From positions 1-64,000 of the forward strand of contig CBFFRP010000032.1 of the NCBI GenBank assembly GCA_965644295.1: a DNA stretch of 64,000 nucleotides. Direction: 5' to 3'. The position numbers were made by a program, and so were the translations under genes. A model generated the notes under the pieces. It ran no database searches. It had not been told where the DNA came from and worked only from the letters and a program-made list of their open reading frames with translations. Every line of letters starts with the position of its first letter. The stretch's first letter is position 1. The DNA is from Paraphysomonas bandaiensis. Taxonomy: Eukaryota; Protista; Chrysophyceae. Below, piece by piece: positions 25,443-37,658 of the stretch.

Positions 25443-26186
25443 CTACATCTTTCCTACTATTTCTCTAAACAAAGTATTTACCTCGTCAGTCCAGTCGTCA
25501 CCAAGTCGTTTCTTTGCGCGCAATCCAGTGGAAGCGAATGATGCTTTGTCTAAGTCCTCGATTGAGTCTTGACATTTGTTTAACGCATGCATAACTTCGG
25601 CTGTGGTTTCGGCTGCCGCAAAATACACAGCAGCCAGACATTTGTCACCCTCCAGTCCTTTTCTGGCAGGAATGCCCGCTTCATTGTTGAGGTTCATGTC
25701 TGCCCCAGCGGCAATTAGAAATTCTGATACTTCAATGTAGTCGTAACTTAGAGACATATGGAGTGGGGTGTTGCCTTTCTTATTTTGGCAGTTTACATCG
25801 GCCTTATTTTCCAAAAGCAATTTTACATGGTCTAAATGGCCATTCTGAGCTGCAATGTGAAGTGGATAGTTACCATTTCCGGTATCCTTTGAGTTGGCCA
25901 GCTCCTCTGTGAGCATTCCCTTAACTTCTTCTGTTGGTTTCTTCCACCGAATGGCACTGTGGATTTGTTTCCATGTAATTTCTACAGCTTCAGGAGACAC
26001 AACAGTGTCATCATTTGCGGCTTCTGAGCCAGATGCGTTTTCATTAGATGGGGTGATGTCTTCTTTCGTCTCCTTCTGAGGTTGTGCGCTGTTCGTGTTA
26101 TCTTCTTTCGGTTGGGTTGTATTAGTCGAAGCAGGGACCTCTGCTGTTGAATTGGCTGGAGCCTCAGACGAAGATCCGCAACCCAT
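25443..26186 (-). CDS. Ankyrin-repeat protein with N-terminal dual acylation motif (MGCGSS)
   Basis: GNYPLHIAAQNGHLDHVKLLLENKADVN and GNTPLHMSLSYDYIEVSEFLIAAGADMN; intronless 247-aa ORF. Confidence 0.9.
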   Translation of the reverse strand: MGCGSSSEAPANSTAEVPASTNTTQPKEDNTNSAQPQKETKEDITPSNENASGSEAANDDTVVSPEAVEITWKQIHSAIRWKKPTEEVKGMLTEELANSKDTGNGNYPLHIAAQNGHLDHVKLLLENKADVNCQNKKGNTPLHMSLSYDYIEVSEFLIAAGADMNLNNEAGIPARKGLEGDKCLAAVYFAAAETTAEVMHALNKCQDSIEDLDKASFASTGLRAKKRLGDDWTDEVNTLFREIVGKM

Positions 26187-26641
26187 TTGACTTCAATTTA
26201 ATCTTCTTACTTAAGTGTTGTAATTGAACCGATGTATGGAACCCTGGGTAAGAAATGGGTGTGGATACTGTGTGTATATTCTCAAATCGCCATACATTAT
26301 CAGCCACAACGTACAGTATCAGACATATATCTGCATATGATACACAGCAGTATACCATACCCCCTACATAACATCTACACTACAGGAATACTGGCGATCC
26401 GGTATATTGTGTTGATATAACCGGACAACTGCCCGTTTACGGATACAAAAAAGCAGAGAAATGAAGTAAAAATAAATTCAAACTTCACTTCTGTGTGTAT
26501 ATGTATGTGTGTCGAGGAGGCTGGTATGTATGGGATTGCACGCATATCTCACCCCATTAACATATCACTGAGTATACTACATTCTCGCCGAGCTATACGA
26601 TCAACTCGAGCCAATCACCTCCCTTGAACCCAGTCATTACC

Positions 26642-29221
26642 ATGGCAGCTCCTCTGGAAGTGGTTGATATGATACAGCAGAGTTTGGACGAGTCAGGAGT
26701 GATAAGAAACATACGCTCTCAGCTCCTCTCCGCAGTCATTAATCTGCTCAACGGCACCGGAGATGCTTCAGCAGATTCATCTTCGAGTCCAATCAAAGAT
26801 TTCAAGGGGACGCAGCAGGGTAATGTGTTGCTGTGTGTTGTGTGTGTATGTAATGATGTGGATACAGGTATGGCTGCGCTGCACTTGATCGCTGAATTGC
26901 TGGATGTTTTGGGCTTGGGCTTGACGCTATCTACGTTTGCATGCGAGTCTGAATTGGTTTGTTTTGACATATTCGAAGTTTGCTATGCTAATACCGTCAC
27001 AGAGCCTGCCTTTTCCAGAGAAGAAGAGTATATGTGATATTGCCGATGAATATGGCCTGAAGCAAGTGGATGGACAGCCACTGTTGTTGGGTATTTTGGA
27101 GAAAGCGAAGGGTGTGGTAGATTATTCAACGAAGAACCCTTCGACATCGAGCAGCAAGACGTCCTCGCTCTCTCGCCACCGGCTAGGTTAATTTTTAATG
27201 TTACACACTGCACGTATCAAATTCCTTGTAGGTTTGTCGGAGGCAAAGCACGATTTGGACCACATGGAAATGGTAGACTCCGATTTGGAAGAAAGTTTCA
27301 GTAGTATTGGAAGTGGTCGGCATGCCAAAACGTATGTCCTTTGTTTAATGTTTGCCTGTGTTAATTCGGGTTGACTACGAATTGTTTATAGATTGGCACC
27401 GCTTGCCCAATTGTCGAAATCTGCTCCGGGACTGAAAGAATTCCCCGCCCCCAGTGCTAATAGTGGAGGAAAACATCCACATCTTGCTCCTCTCGCTCCC
27501 TTGCATTCTTCGAAGCCACTACCTCAAGACCGCAAGACTTCCCCGAGGGCGTCCCCAAAGAGCTCTCCAGAGAGCGCGTCACACAAGTCGATCAAACAAG
27601 ACTCTCCTGAAAAGCTATCAGTCGGAAGAGACCTTGAGCAATCTTTTGAGTCCTCTATGTCGGCAGAAGAGAAGACCCCCCTGAGTCCTTATTACGGCTC
27701 TTCGGCACCGGGTTTGGGTCTTGGGGATGGCCTTGACGCTTCTGCACCTGATTCCCCGTCCTTTGAAGACTCCTCTCAAGTGTTTGAGCACGTAGCCGAC
27801 GGTGATATCTCCGCAAAAGGTACCACCACCGAAGCCAGTGTAGAAGAAAACAAGCCTAGTAACCCTCAGGAGACCAAAAATGTGGTTGTTGCCGCCGTTT
27901 CTCAAGATAAAGAAGAGCAAAAGGTGCTGTGCTACGGATGCTAGTGTTCTATTTTAATATATTATTTTATCGTCAGAGTGTAGACACCGTGCGGGCCACA
28001 ACTAGCAGTGCGCATGTGACGCGATCTCGTCTAGGATGGGACGATACTGATGAGGTTGAAGAGGTAATGGACAGCTTCGAGGAAGGTGACGATGAAAGTG
28101 TCGGCAGCCCTAGCAAGAAGCCTCAGGTAGATGAAGACTTCGATGAAGAGGTTGAGATGACGGGAAACGCTGTTGAGATGGAGAGCCGGCCGGACGTTGA
28201 GCGGGAAGACACTGTGATTGACAGTGTGGACACCGTATCACGACTACGTCCGGGAGGTCTTCGTTCTGGTACACGTGAAGCCTTCGGTCCCGGTGCCAGC
28301 GAAACAAGACCTCAGTCTTCGGCCCTCGGAGGACTGCCTCCTGTATCACGTCCTGGGGCACGTTCTCTTGGGGATCGAGATGACTGGGATAATGCCCTTT
28401 CCCCTACAGGAGATAGTGAAGCATTTAATGATGATGACGAGTACGGAAGCGTAGATCATGAGGCATTAGACGAATCAGGAGTACTTAATGTTAGTCGACG
28501 CAGTAACCAGGAGGAGGATGAGGAGGAGCAGAAAGCGATAAAAAAATTTGATGGTGTGAATAAACCTATACTCAATCCCGATAACAGTGACGAGGATGAC
28601 TACGACGACTATGGGGACGATTTTGAGGATGGAGGTGATGATGATGATGCTGAGGTGAGCATCGCAGAGAGTCTGGAAGAGGAACTGTCTTTCGGGGCGG
28701 CCTCCTCAGAGGGTAATAGCAGTGGAGATGAAGGGTTCGGTGGGGGTATGGCGAGGACGTCCTCCGGGCTACTCCCAAAGCCATCAGAGGAAGGGAAGAG
28801 AGATGGTAGCTTGGCGGTAAGTGACTTTGACTACAACAGTGACGACTCGGCCGGGGGTGAGTACGCACCGTCAACTGGAAAACGTAGTTCTCCAAAGAAC
28901 CAGGCTCAGAGTAACATCAAGGTTGACTACAACTCATCCGATGATGAGTTTGAGTTCGGTGGCGGGCCCGAGACGGGATCCCAGCCAGGTAGTGACGGGG
29001 ACGTTCTTGATTTCAGCGTGGGTGAGCAGTCCGGAGGTTCTCTGGTTATGGACGAGGATATGGACGAGGGGTCAGCACTAAAGTCAGCAGGGGGCAGTCG
29101 GGCCGCTGGGGACTCTATGGATTTCAGTATGTCTGAACAGGAAGTCTCAAGTAGCCAGGGTTTGGACGGATTCGATTATACGACAAACGCAATGCCTCCA
29201 TCGAGCCGGAGAGGTTGGTGA
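26642..29221 (+). CDS. FOP/FGFR1OP (CEP43)-like centriolar protein: LisH-type N-terminus, long acidic disordered tail; multi-exon
   Basis: IQQSLDESGVIRNIRSQLLSAVI, LHLIAELLDVLGLGLTLSTFACESE and QPLLLGILE resemble the FOP/CEP20 dimerisation domain; long D/E/S-rich last exon. Confidence 0.7.
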
Positions 29222-29773
29222 GTTGATCAGTGTCACTTAATAGGCACTCCCAACACTATTCTTGCAATCAAAATACTCTTGATGTTGCTCTTGTGTTCGT
29301 CCAAATGTAGTTGTAGTATCAGTTACCCACTTGCAGTATATTATAGATGGAGTTGCGTTACGTGATCAACAACGCATTCTCATGTGAAAACTATTCATAC
29401 TATTAGCACATCCTATATGATATTAAACCCGTAATGTATCGATTTAATTGGCGAAGTTCTTAAAACGTGCTATCGTTCGCTCATGGCTTGTAACCTTGTC
29501 AATAAAACATTAGTCATTGTTTAGTTTTGCTGTAGCTCTAAGTGAGCTAGTGACGAACAGTATTACATGAACTATTGCGATGATAGTGATTATAGTAGTG
29601 TAACCAGGGACAGGGAACAATGGAAAAATTTAATTTTGGCCCTCGGCCCGCATTTGGCCCTCTACTACAACTAACAATATAATAACAATAATTCTTAATT
29701 AAAATCACACACTACAACCACAAGCAACAATAACGCACAAAGCAAAGGGCAGTATTACGCACAAAGCAAAGGG

Positions 29774-32700
29774 TGTTGAGTTTTGCTGTTTGTGAGCAAT
29801 TAAAAGCTGTAGTTTCCAAGATATTAGAATTATATCCGTTACTCAAAGAATACAGTAGTAGCTAGCTGTAGTATGAGAACCAATAATATGATAGCCATTG
29901 TAGTGATAAAACTGAAATATACTGACTGTACAAGATAGTGACGATGTAAGATCGTACTAGAAATGGTTGGTGTAGTAGAGATAGAAAGAGTTGGTGAACG
30001 TCAATGAATGAAGTATGGTATCTCTTATAATTATATAATATTCCATATAAGTGTTAACAAAGGTCTTATTACTAAAAATGTCTATTTCTAACATGGTAGC
30101 AGACAGTAGTTCGGAGTGGAAACTTCTTCCTAAATTTGATCAGTTCGGTGTAGTGAATTGGTCAAAGAATCTGAAAGTGTGGTTGATGAGGAAGAACAGG
30201 AACCATCTGGGTCTAGAGGACCGTCCAGTAAGACCAGCAAATAATGCGCCAGTGACAGTCCGAAATAAGTACAAGGAGGATCTGGACAAGTGGCTGGAGA
30301 GGAAAGACACGTGCATCAGTTCGATATTTGAAGCTGTTCAACCAGTCGCTGAAGCCCTTGAGATCGTGGATCAGTACTTCCGGGAAAAGGATATGCTCCC
30401 GCAGGACCATCCTGATAAAGAGCAGTTAGCGAGTGAACTCATCTCTAGGTTAATTGTTCGGTTTCGAGGGGAAATCCAATATGAATTAGTTGAATTGAAT
30501 AAGAAGTTTGCAGGATTCAAAATTCTACCGGGGGAACTCGTGTGCGCAGCAATCGATCGACTAAACGGCATCTGTCAAAAAATGTCCGAGTTGGGGGAAC
30601 CACCCACTGACATCGCTAAAAAAACGAAGTTACAGACTGCCCTCGAAACACGAAGCGATTTGGAGCAATTGTACACCAATCTCTACCTACAAGGTGACAT
30701 AACCTTTATTGATATGATCACCATATGCAGGAGATACGATCAGGCAAAAGGTGTCCCGAAAGAAGGCACCGAGACGAAGTAAACATGAATTCCACTGCTG
30801 ATGAAAATGAGGTGTGCAGCTATCCCAAATGTGGCAAACGGGGTCACTCACAGAAATCGTGCTGGAAGAAGAAGAGAGACCTTAAGATCGCGAAATTAAG
30901 AAGGCAGGGAAAGAGTCGTGGCGCTAGGAATCGATCTGAGAGTCGCAGAGACAACAACGAGAAGAAAAAATCAGATGGCTGCTATGTATGTGGAGACACC
31001 AGACATCGTGCGTATAAGTGCAAATTTCGTGCTCAAGTACGTAGTGACTCTGCCCAAGGAGACAAAAACCGGCCATTTTTGGACGAAAAGCCTGCAAAAC
31101 GCACAGATTGGAATCGTTTTTTGCGGAGAGAGGAGCAAGAGGAAGATTCGGACTCTGTGAACATGATTATGTATGAGGAACCGCATGATGATTCATGTGT
31201 CTCTGAAGAGGTGCTACACACTTCCGATGAACCCGTGTATTTAGACAGCTGTGCCTCTAATAAACTGTTCATTGTTAAGGACAGAAATTTCCTTCATACG
31301 GTCAAGAAGGAGGATGGAAATATACAGACAACCAGAGCTGGATCCAGTTTACACTATGAGGAAACTGGAGGCTTTGGCGATTGGACTGACATCAAGATCT
31401 GCCCTGGATCAGTCAAGAATATCTGCTCTGGAGGAATACTCCGTTCTCACGGGTATGGATTGCAGTTGTTGAACAAGCCCACTGTTGTGCGACTTGATAC
31501 TGGGGAGACTGTATTGGAGGCAACCTACTCAAGCAACGGAATGCCTTATGTAAATTTACAGGAAATACTTGATCTTCCAAATTTGACAATGCTGGAGGAA
31601 GTATATTTGTCCGACAAGGTGCATGAAGATCCGTTAGAGATGTTACACAAGCGCTGTGGACACGTCAGCAAACATAAGCTGATTGAAGCGTTTAAACACA
31701 GACTTTTTACCGGGAGCGGATTAACCCGACGACATCTCAGCAAGAAGAGTTTACGAAAAATGAAAGGTATTTGTAAAGCTTGCGCAAAATCAAAGATGAC
31801 AAGGAAATCATTCACCGCAAAGAGAGATGACGAACTGCAAGCTACAGAGTTCCTTGAGAAGGTTTCTGTGGACATTGCTGTATATTTCAATTGCCCATCC
31901 AGACAAGGATACAAATATGTTCTGACATTATCAGATATAGCCACCAAGGAGTTTTGGGAATATCCGTTGGAGACACGGTCTGCGAATGAGGTGTTGAGTT
32001 GCGTGAAGGACTGGGTTGAGCGTAAACTCCCTACATATCCCGGTTCACACCGGTTGATACAGTACCATTCGGATGGGGGGGCTGAGTTGATCGACAAGTC
32101 CATTCAGCAATACTTAATGAGCAAGTTTGGAACTAGCATCACTTGGAGCTCCACAGACAGCCCTGAGATGAATGGTGTATCTGAGCGTAGGAATCGAACA
32201 TTGGGAGAAATGACTCTGGCTCTGTTAATGGACTCAGGATTACCCGTAATTTTTTGGTGGGATGCTTATGTATATGCATGCATGATAGTTCGACGAATGC
32301 CTACACGTACATATCGAGGTTGGATGTCTCCAATGGAATGCGTCCCAGGAGGTTCAGTCCCTGACTTATCGAGATTTCGACGCTGGGGGTGCAAGGCTTA
32401 TGTGCTTATTCCCAAAGGTGATCGTCGAAAGGACTGGCAGGAGAAGTCGCAGACTGGGTATTTCATAGGTCTATCCAATACGAAAAAGGGATCCCGTGTG
32501 TGGCTTGGTGACAAAGAAGTCGTATCAGTACATGTTCTGTATGATGAAAGTATACCTCCAAGAGATAAGGAGTACTATGCAGAGCTTGAAGAGGCCTTAG
32601 TCAAAACTGACCCATTAGATCGATCAGTTGAAGAGTTTAAACATCTGATTGGTTCGTATCATGTGGACGACGGGTTTCTCTTTAAGACTACGAGAGTTGT

Positions 32701-35290
32701 GGTGCGAAAAGGACTAATTGTGGCGTTTAGGGCGCTAGTAACTGCTGGGAAAGAGCAGATAGAAGAAAAAGTCCCTATTCACGTACGTGATATTGCCGAG
32801 TTGACTGGTGACTATAACCGCAGGCTGTACTCAAAACCTCGTTCTTGTGACGACAAGAGAGGTGGATCGTCATCTACGCCGGCTTCGGGTGACACGCCCA
32901 ATAAGTCTACGGCGGATGAGATTCCAGGGAAGAGAATGTCCCTTCGTACTTTGCCGGAGAGTAGTGCGGGTGCTGTACCGAGTGGGGTCAGCGCGAATCG
33001 TGTCTTTGAGAATGTACCTTCTTGTGTGCCAAGTGAGAATAGTGGTACTGTACATGCTGAGTCAAGGGAGACCAGTGGTAAACGTACGCGAATCCGAAGG
33101 GTGTTGACTAATGTGTCCACCCTGGGTGAGGTAAACCTTCTCCATGATGAGGAGATTGTTAACTTGTGTGATGAGAGTGATTGCGCACTTATGTCTAACT
33201 CGTCTACTTATAGAGAGCCTGAGACGTATGAAGAGTCATTGACATGTCCTGAAGCTTCAAATTGGAAGGAAGCTAGACGATTAGAACGGAATGCATTATT
33301 CAAGCGGGAAGTGTTTAATGTCGTTGAGACGCCACCTGGTGTTAGACCTCTAAAGTCCAGATATGTGTTCAAACGAAAATACAATAAAGATGGATCAATA
33401 AAAAAGCATAAAGCTCGTCTGGTCGCTCTGGGATATGGTCAAAGGACAGGTATAGACGTCGAAAATACATTTGCTCCTGTGGTGAAATCGATTACGGTTA
33501 GACTAATCATTGCCCTTGCTTTCATGTTTAGTATGCACATCCATCAACTTGACGTGTCGAATGCATTCTGTTATGCTAAAATCGAAGGAGACGTGTACAT
33601 GGACCCTCCTCCCGATTTTCAGTTGCCACCAGGACACTGTTTCAAACTATATCGCTCACTATATGGCCTTCGGAGTTCTCCACGTTCATGGTGGAAGACC
33701 ATACATGGATTTATAAAGTCTTTGGGATTCAAACCCTGCATTTTAGAACCATGTCTATATTATATGATGTACAAAGGTCATCGTGTGTACTTAACCATAT
33801 ACGTTGATGATATAGTAATCGCTTGTGCGGATCTGACTATTTTGACAGAAATCAAGAAACGGTTTTGTGAAAGATTTGACATGTCAGACATGGGAGAATT
33901 AGAGCATTTTCTCAACGTTCGAGTTACAAGGACCAAGAATTATATTCAACTTGACCAATCGACATACGCTGAAAAAATTCTCACCAAATATGCAGCATTC
34001 CTTGGACCTTCAAACAAAGTTCGCAAATCCCCACTACCTGTAGATGCCATGGACAGGATTAATTGCACTGATAGTGAGAACTCATCTCAGGAGGAAGAGG
34101 GAGTCGACAATTATCCCTATCGTAGCTTACTAGGTGCCATGCTATATCTATCAATGAATACGCGTCCAGATATTGCGTATGCTGTTGGCCTATTGTCACG
34201 ATATGCTTCGAAACCAACAAAGGCTACATGCAAGTTGATGACTTATTTGTTACAATACATCAGGGGTACTGTGCGGAAAGGTATTCGGTTCAGTGGTAAG
34301 AGCTTTGACATGCATATTTTCACAGACGCTGACTGGGCAGGCGATACTGTGTCACGAAGGTCGACAACTGGATACATTGTGTTTGCAGCAGGTGGACCAC
34401 TCACCTGGCAATCAATCTTACAAGTTACTGTGTCTACGTCTTCAATGCAGAGTGAGTACCAAGCTATGTACGCTGGCATGCAAGAACTGGTGTGGCTTCG
34501 GGGGGTGTTGGCCGAATTGGGACTTCGACTGTACGAACCCACTCCATTTTTTTTAGATAGCCAGAGTGCTCGTGATCTAGCATTAAATCCAGTGTTCCAC
34601 AAAAGATCAAAACACATTGAAATCAAATACCACTGGGTGCGTGAACATGTAGATCCAGAAGGACGTTTTAACACTGCGATATTGTATCACGTTGGAACTG
34701 ATAACCAGACTGCAGACATATTTACGAAATCTTTGTGTGGCGTTATATACGAGAAGCATAGAAAGAGATGTCTAGGAGAAGATCAGAAGTCATCTGTGGA
34801 TGTCATCAGAGAGAATTCATACAAACGAAACAGAGGCTCATAAACGTGTTGTCTACGGAGAGGCTAGCTGAAACGTCGGAGCCATACGTCCACCGGTTTG
34901 TCCTATACGGTTTCGGTGGTTGCGTATCCGTCAGTTATGCCATGTGTTACAGCTTTGAATTGAGAGGGAGTGTTGAGTTTTGCTGTTTGTGAGCAATTAA
35001 AAGCTGTAGTTTCCAAGATATTAGAATTATATCCGTTACTCAAAGAATACAGTAGTAGCTAGCTGTAGTATGAGAACCAATAATATGATAGCCATTGTAG
35101 TGATAAAACTGAAATATACTGACTGTACAAGATAGTGACGATGTAAGATCGTACTAGAAATGGTTGGTGTAGTAGAGATAGAAAGAGTTGGTGAACGTCA
35201 ATGAATGAAGTATGGTATCTCTTATAATTATATAATATTCCATATAAGTGTTAACAAAGGTCTTATTACTAAAAATGTCTATTTCTAACA
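29774..35290 (+). mobile_element. Ty1/Copia LTR retrotransposon 2 (full length, recent; same lineage as Copia-1)
   Basis: 320-bp TG...CA LTRs at 29774-30093 and 34971-35290; TSD AAGGG; PBS TGGTAGCAGA at 30094 (tRNA-iMet type); PPT TGAGAGGGAG. Confidence 0.97.
30078..34843 (+). CDS. Copia-2 gag-pol, split by a -1 frameshift near 30740-30780 (ORFs 30051-30782 and 30725-34843)
   Basis: Gag domain, then two Zn knuckles (CSYPKCGKRGHSQKSC, CYVCGDTRHRAYKC), protease YLDSC, integrase SVD/HSDG/SERRNR, RT IYVDDI, RNase H TDADWAGD. Confidence 0.92.
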
Positions 35291-35616
35291 AAGGGTCAAA
35301 TTTAGCAAGAGTTATTAATATCTTAAGCAAGAGCAACTTTATACCAAAACATTTTTCGGAGCTGGGGGCTCCCCACGCTTCGACTCTACGAGCCGGCGTC
35401 CACTGCCCCCAGGCCCCCGCCCCTAAACAACGCCGGGGCCGGCCCCACCGGCCCTATACCGGCAATATATTGATTGGTGGACTGGTCAAATATTCTATCA
35501 ATATTGTTTTTGTTAAAGTATCTCACAGCTCACAATATATTGCAATATATTGCAATCAATATAATGATAGTCATATACAGAAAGCTTCTTAACTGTAGGG
35601 TAAAAAAAATAAGTCC

Positions 35617-35901
35617 ATGTATATAAATCTCCGTTCAGACAGTGATTATTGCAACAATACAGAGGATGACAAAGCTGAAGTTGGCTATGCGAAAAAAATT
35701 CTTCAATCAGCTCAAAATATTAAGAAACCGAAAGTTGAAATATCTAAGTACAGGTGCACGAGTCATGTAGTATGTACTACCAATACATGTGAACGCCTGT
35801 TCAGCGCAGCAAAACGGATTATAATATCAGTGTTGCGCAAACGTATGCATCCTACTACACTTAATACGATGTTGTTTCTGAAAGCTAACCGACAGTTGTG
35901 A
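35617..35901 (+). pseudogene. hAT transposase C-terminal dimerisation-domain remnant
   Basis: TTNTCERLFSAAKRII..RKRMHPTTLNTMLFLKANRQL matches the hAT S/TxxxERxFS...R..L...L..LLFL pattern. Confidence 0.8.
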
Positions 35902-36631
35902 CCAGATGCAAGCATATTTTAATTAATATTGGTGATGATGATGTCACCGATGATGACTCAGAGGATGAGTATATGAGGAAACTTTTAATTAATTAAGAGT
36001 AGTGGGTTGATTATCAAGTGACCTTAGACCTTATAATATGACAAGTACTAAAAACTACGGATGTATTTACTTACTGATTAGTCATACTAATATATGGCAA
36101 TATATTGTAACTATATATTATTGCAATAGTATTGTAGGGCCGGTTTAAAACTCCATCAATACTATTGATGGAACGCTATCTAACAATAGTATTGCAATGT
36201 ATTTTTTCCCATCCCAGAGTGAAACTGAAATATATATTATATATTATATATTGATCGTATATATATTCATACTATCTACGATGGTAAGAAAATGACTCGA
36301 AGTGCATTGGGATTATATGAGCTTGGCGATTGACAAAGAATGACAAGTGATGTTGATCCTAGTATTAATCTTAATTTATAAGTAGATCATTGGGTGTGAA
36401 GTACGTTCCGTTAATTCAGCCTTCACCATCCAATTAGGTCAAATTCTTTTGTTTTGTGTATGTTACGAAATACTGTCACGGTAGATCGACGGTGAGTACG
36501 ATTAATGAGATTAATAGAGATTTTGTAAAATGGTCAATTGTTCGATATATGCGCGACCAAGCAAACCTCGTCCTTGTTGAGTTCTTCTAACTCGTAAGCA
36601 ATTAAAATCATGATCGTTTAAATAGAGATAT

Positions 36632-37122
36632 ATTATATTGAAAGTCTTATTATTAGCAATAGGCGTTAAAAACCTGCACCAACTTAGTAGCTAGTAGATG
36701 AATGCTAGACAAACTAGTTAGACCTCTACCTGTAACTAATCAGTACATACTTTTTTTATCCTACTATTTAACGCTACGGAAGCTGCTTGTGCGTCGCCGC
36801 TCTGAGTTCTTAAGGTGAACATCCCGGATGCTTGACTTCCGCAGGCAGCCCAATACCCCGGTTACCCTTCAGGTGGGCCCTGTCCCGTATGCCCTTGAGG
36901 TGGACCCATTCCCGGATGCCTGTTTATTCGTCAGGGCCCAAAGACGTCTACACAAGTGACACTTATTGGTGTCCCCTGTACCACACAAGCATTCGGCTAT
37001 GAGTGGGCAGAAGAATATCTGCTGACTATGTTTGCGGCTCACGTTAGTTTCCCAGAGAAATGACTCCGGTACTTATCCCCCAGAACACCACGAAAAGGTG
37101 CGAGTCCGACTTTGTTGAGGGT
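36632..37122 (-). mobile_element. SINE-like copy D, best preserved, with 12-13-bp TSD
   Basis: TAAATAGAGATAT at 36619-36631 and 37122-37134 flanks the element; the end CCGACTTTGTTGAGGGT is shared with copies A and C. Confidence 0.85.
37036..37122 (-). ncRNA. Candidate HDV-like self-cleaving ribozyme at the 5' end of the SINE-like family (also 7050-7135 and 24759-24845)
   Basis: Minus strand reads ACCCUCAAC..GGACUCGC-ACC-UUUUCGU-GGU-GUUCUGGGG..CCGGAG..CUCUGG-GAAACUAAC-GUGAGCC, consistent with the order P1, P2, P3/L3, P1', P4, J4/2, P2'. P1 is imperfect. Confidence 0.5.
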
Positions 37123-37658
37123 AAATAGAGATATGTTGATCTCAATTTTGATAATTAATCGATTATTGAGTGCGTTTAAAAATTCAGTTGTTTATTTTAC
37201 CAACTGAATGTGACTTTCGTATATTCTATGTAAATTCTACAGTTATGACTTAAGAGTCAGATATTATATAACTAACTAGTGCTTAACTCTGATATCCTAC
37301 TATAGGTGAGTAGTTAAAGAGTAAAGACTGGCAGTATGTAGTATACAGTATACTATTACGAGATTTTTACCATTTAATCTCTCTCTCTTTTGTATATACA
37401 TTGGATTATTTTGTTTCCCAGCTACATTGCTTTTCTGTTATGCTGTTTCTCACACTACTACATACTAGATTACAGATTACTGATACCGTTGGTAGATTAC
37501 AGAGTACACTATCTAGCGCATATCCCATATACTTCCGCAACTTATTATTATCAATACAAATGCACATCGCTGTGCACCGTAAACTCCAAAATGGTTCTAA
37601 AGTGTAATTAGATAGATGCCTATAGGAAAAAATATATAATACACCGCATCTGTAAATA

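Larger units (their letters stand above)
29605..36217 (+). mobile_element. Non-autonomous hAT element hosting Copia-2
   Basis: Degenerate TIRs CAGGGACAGGGAA / TTCCCATCCCAG; 8-bp TSD AGTGTAAC/AGTGAAAC; GGCCC subterminal motifs; transposase remnant at 35617-35901. Confidence 0.75.
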
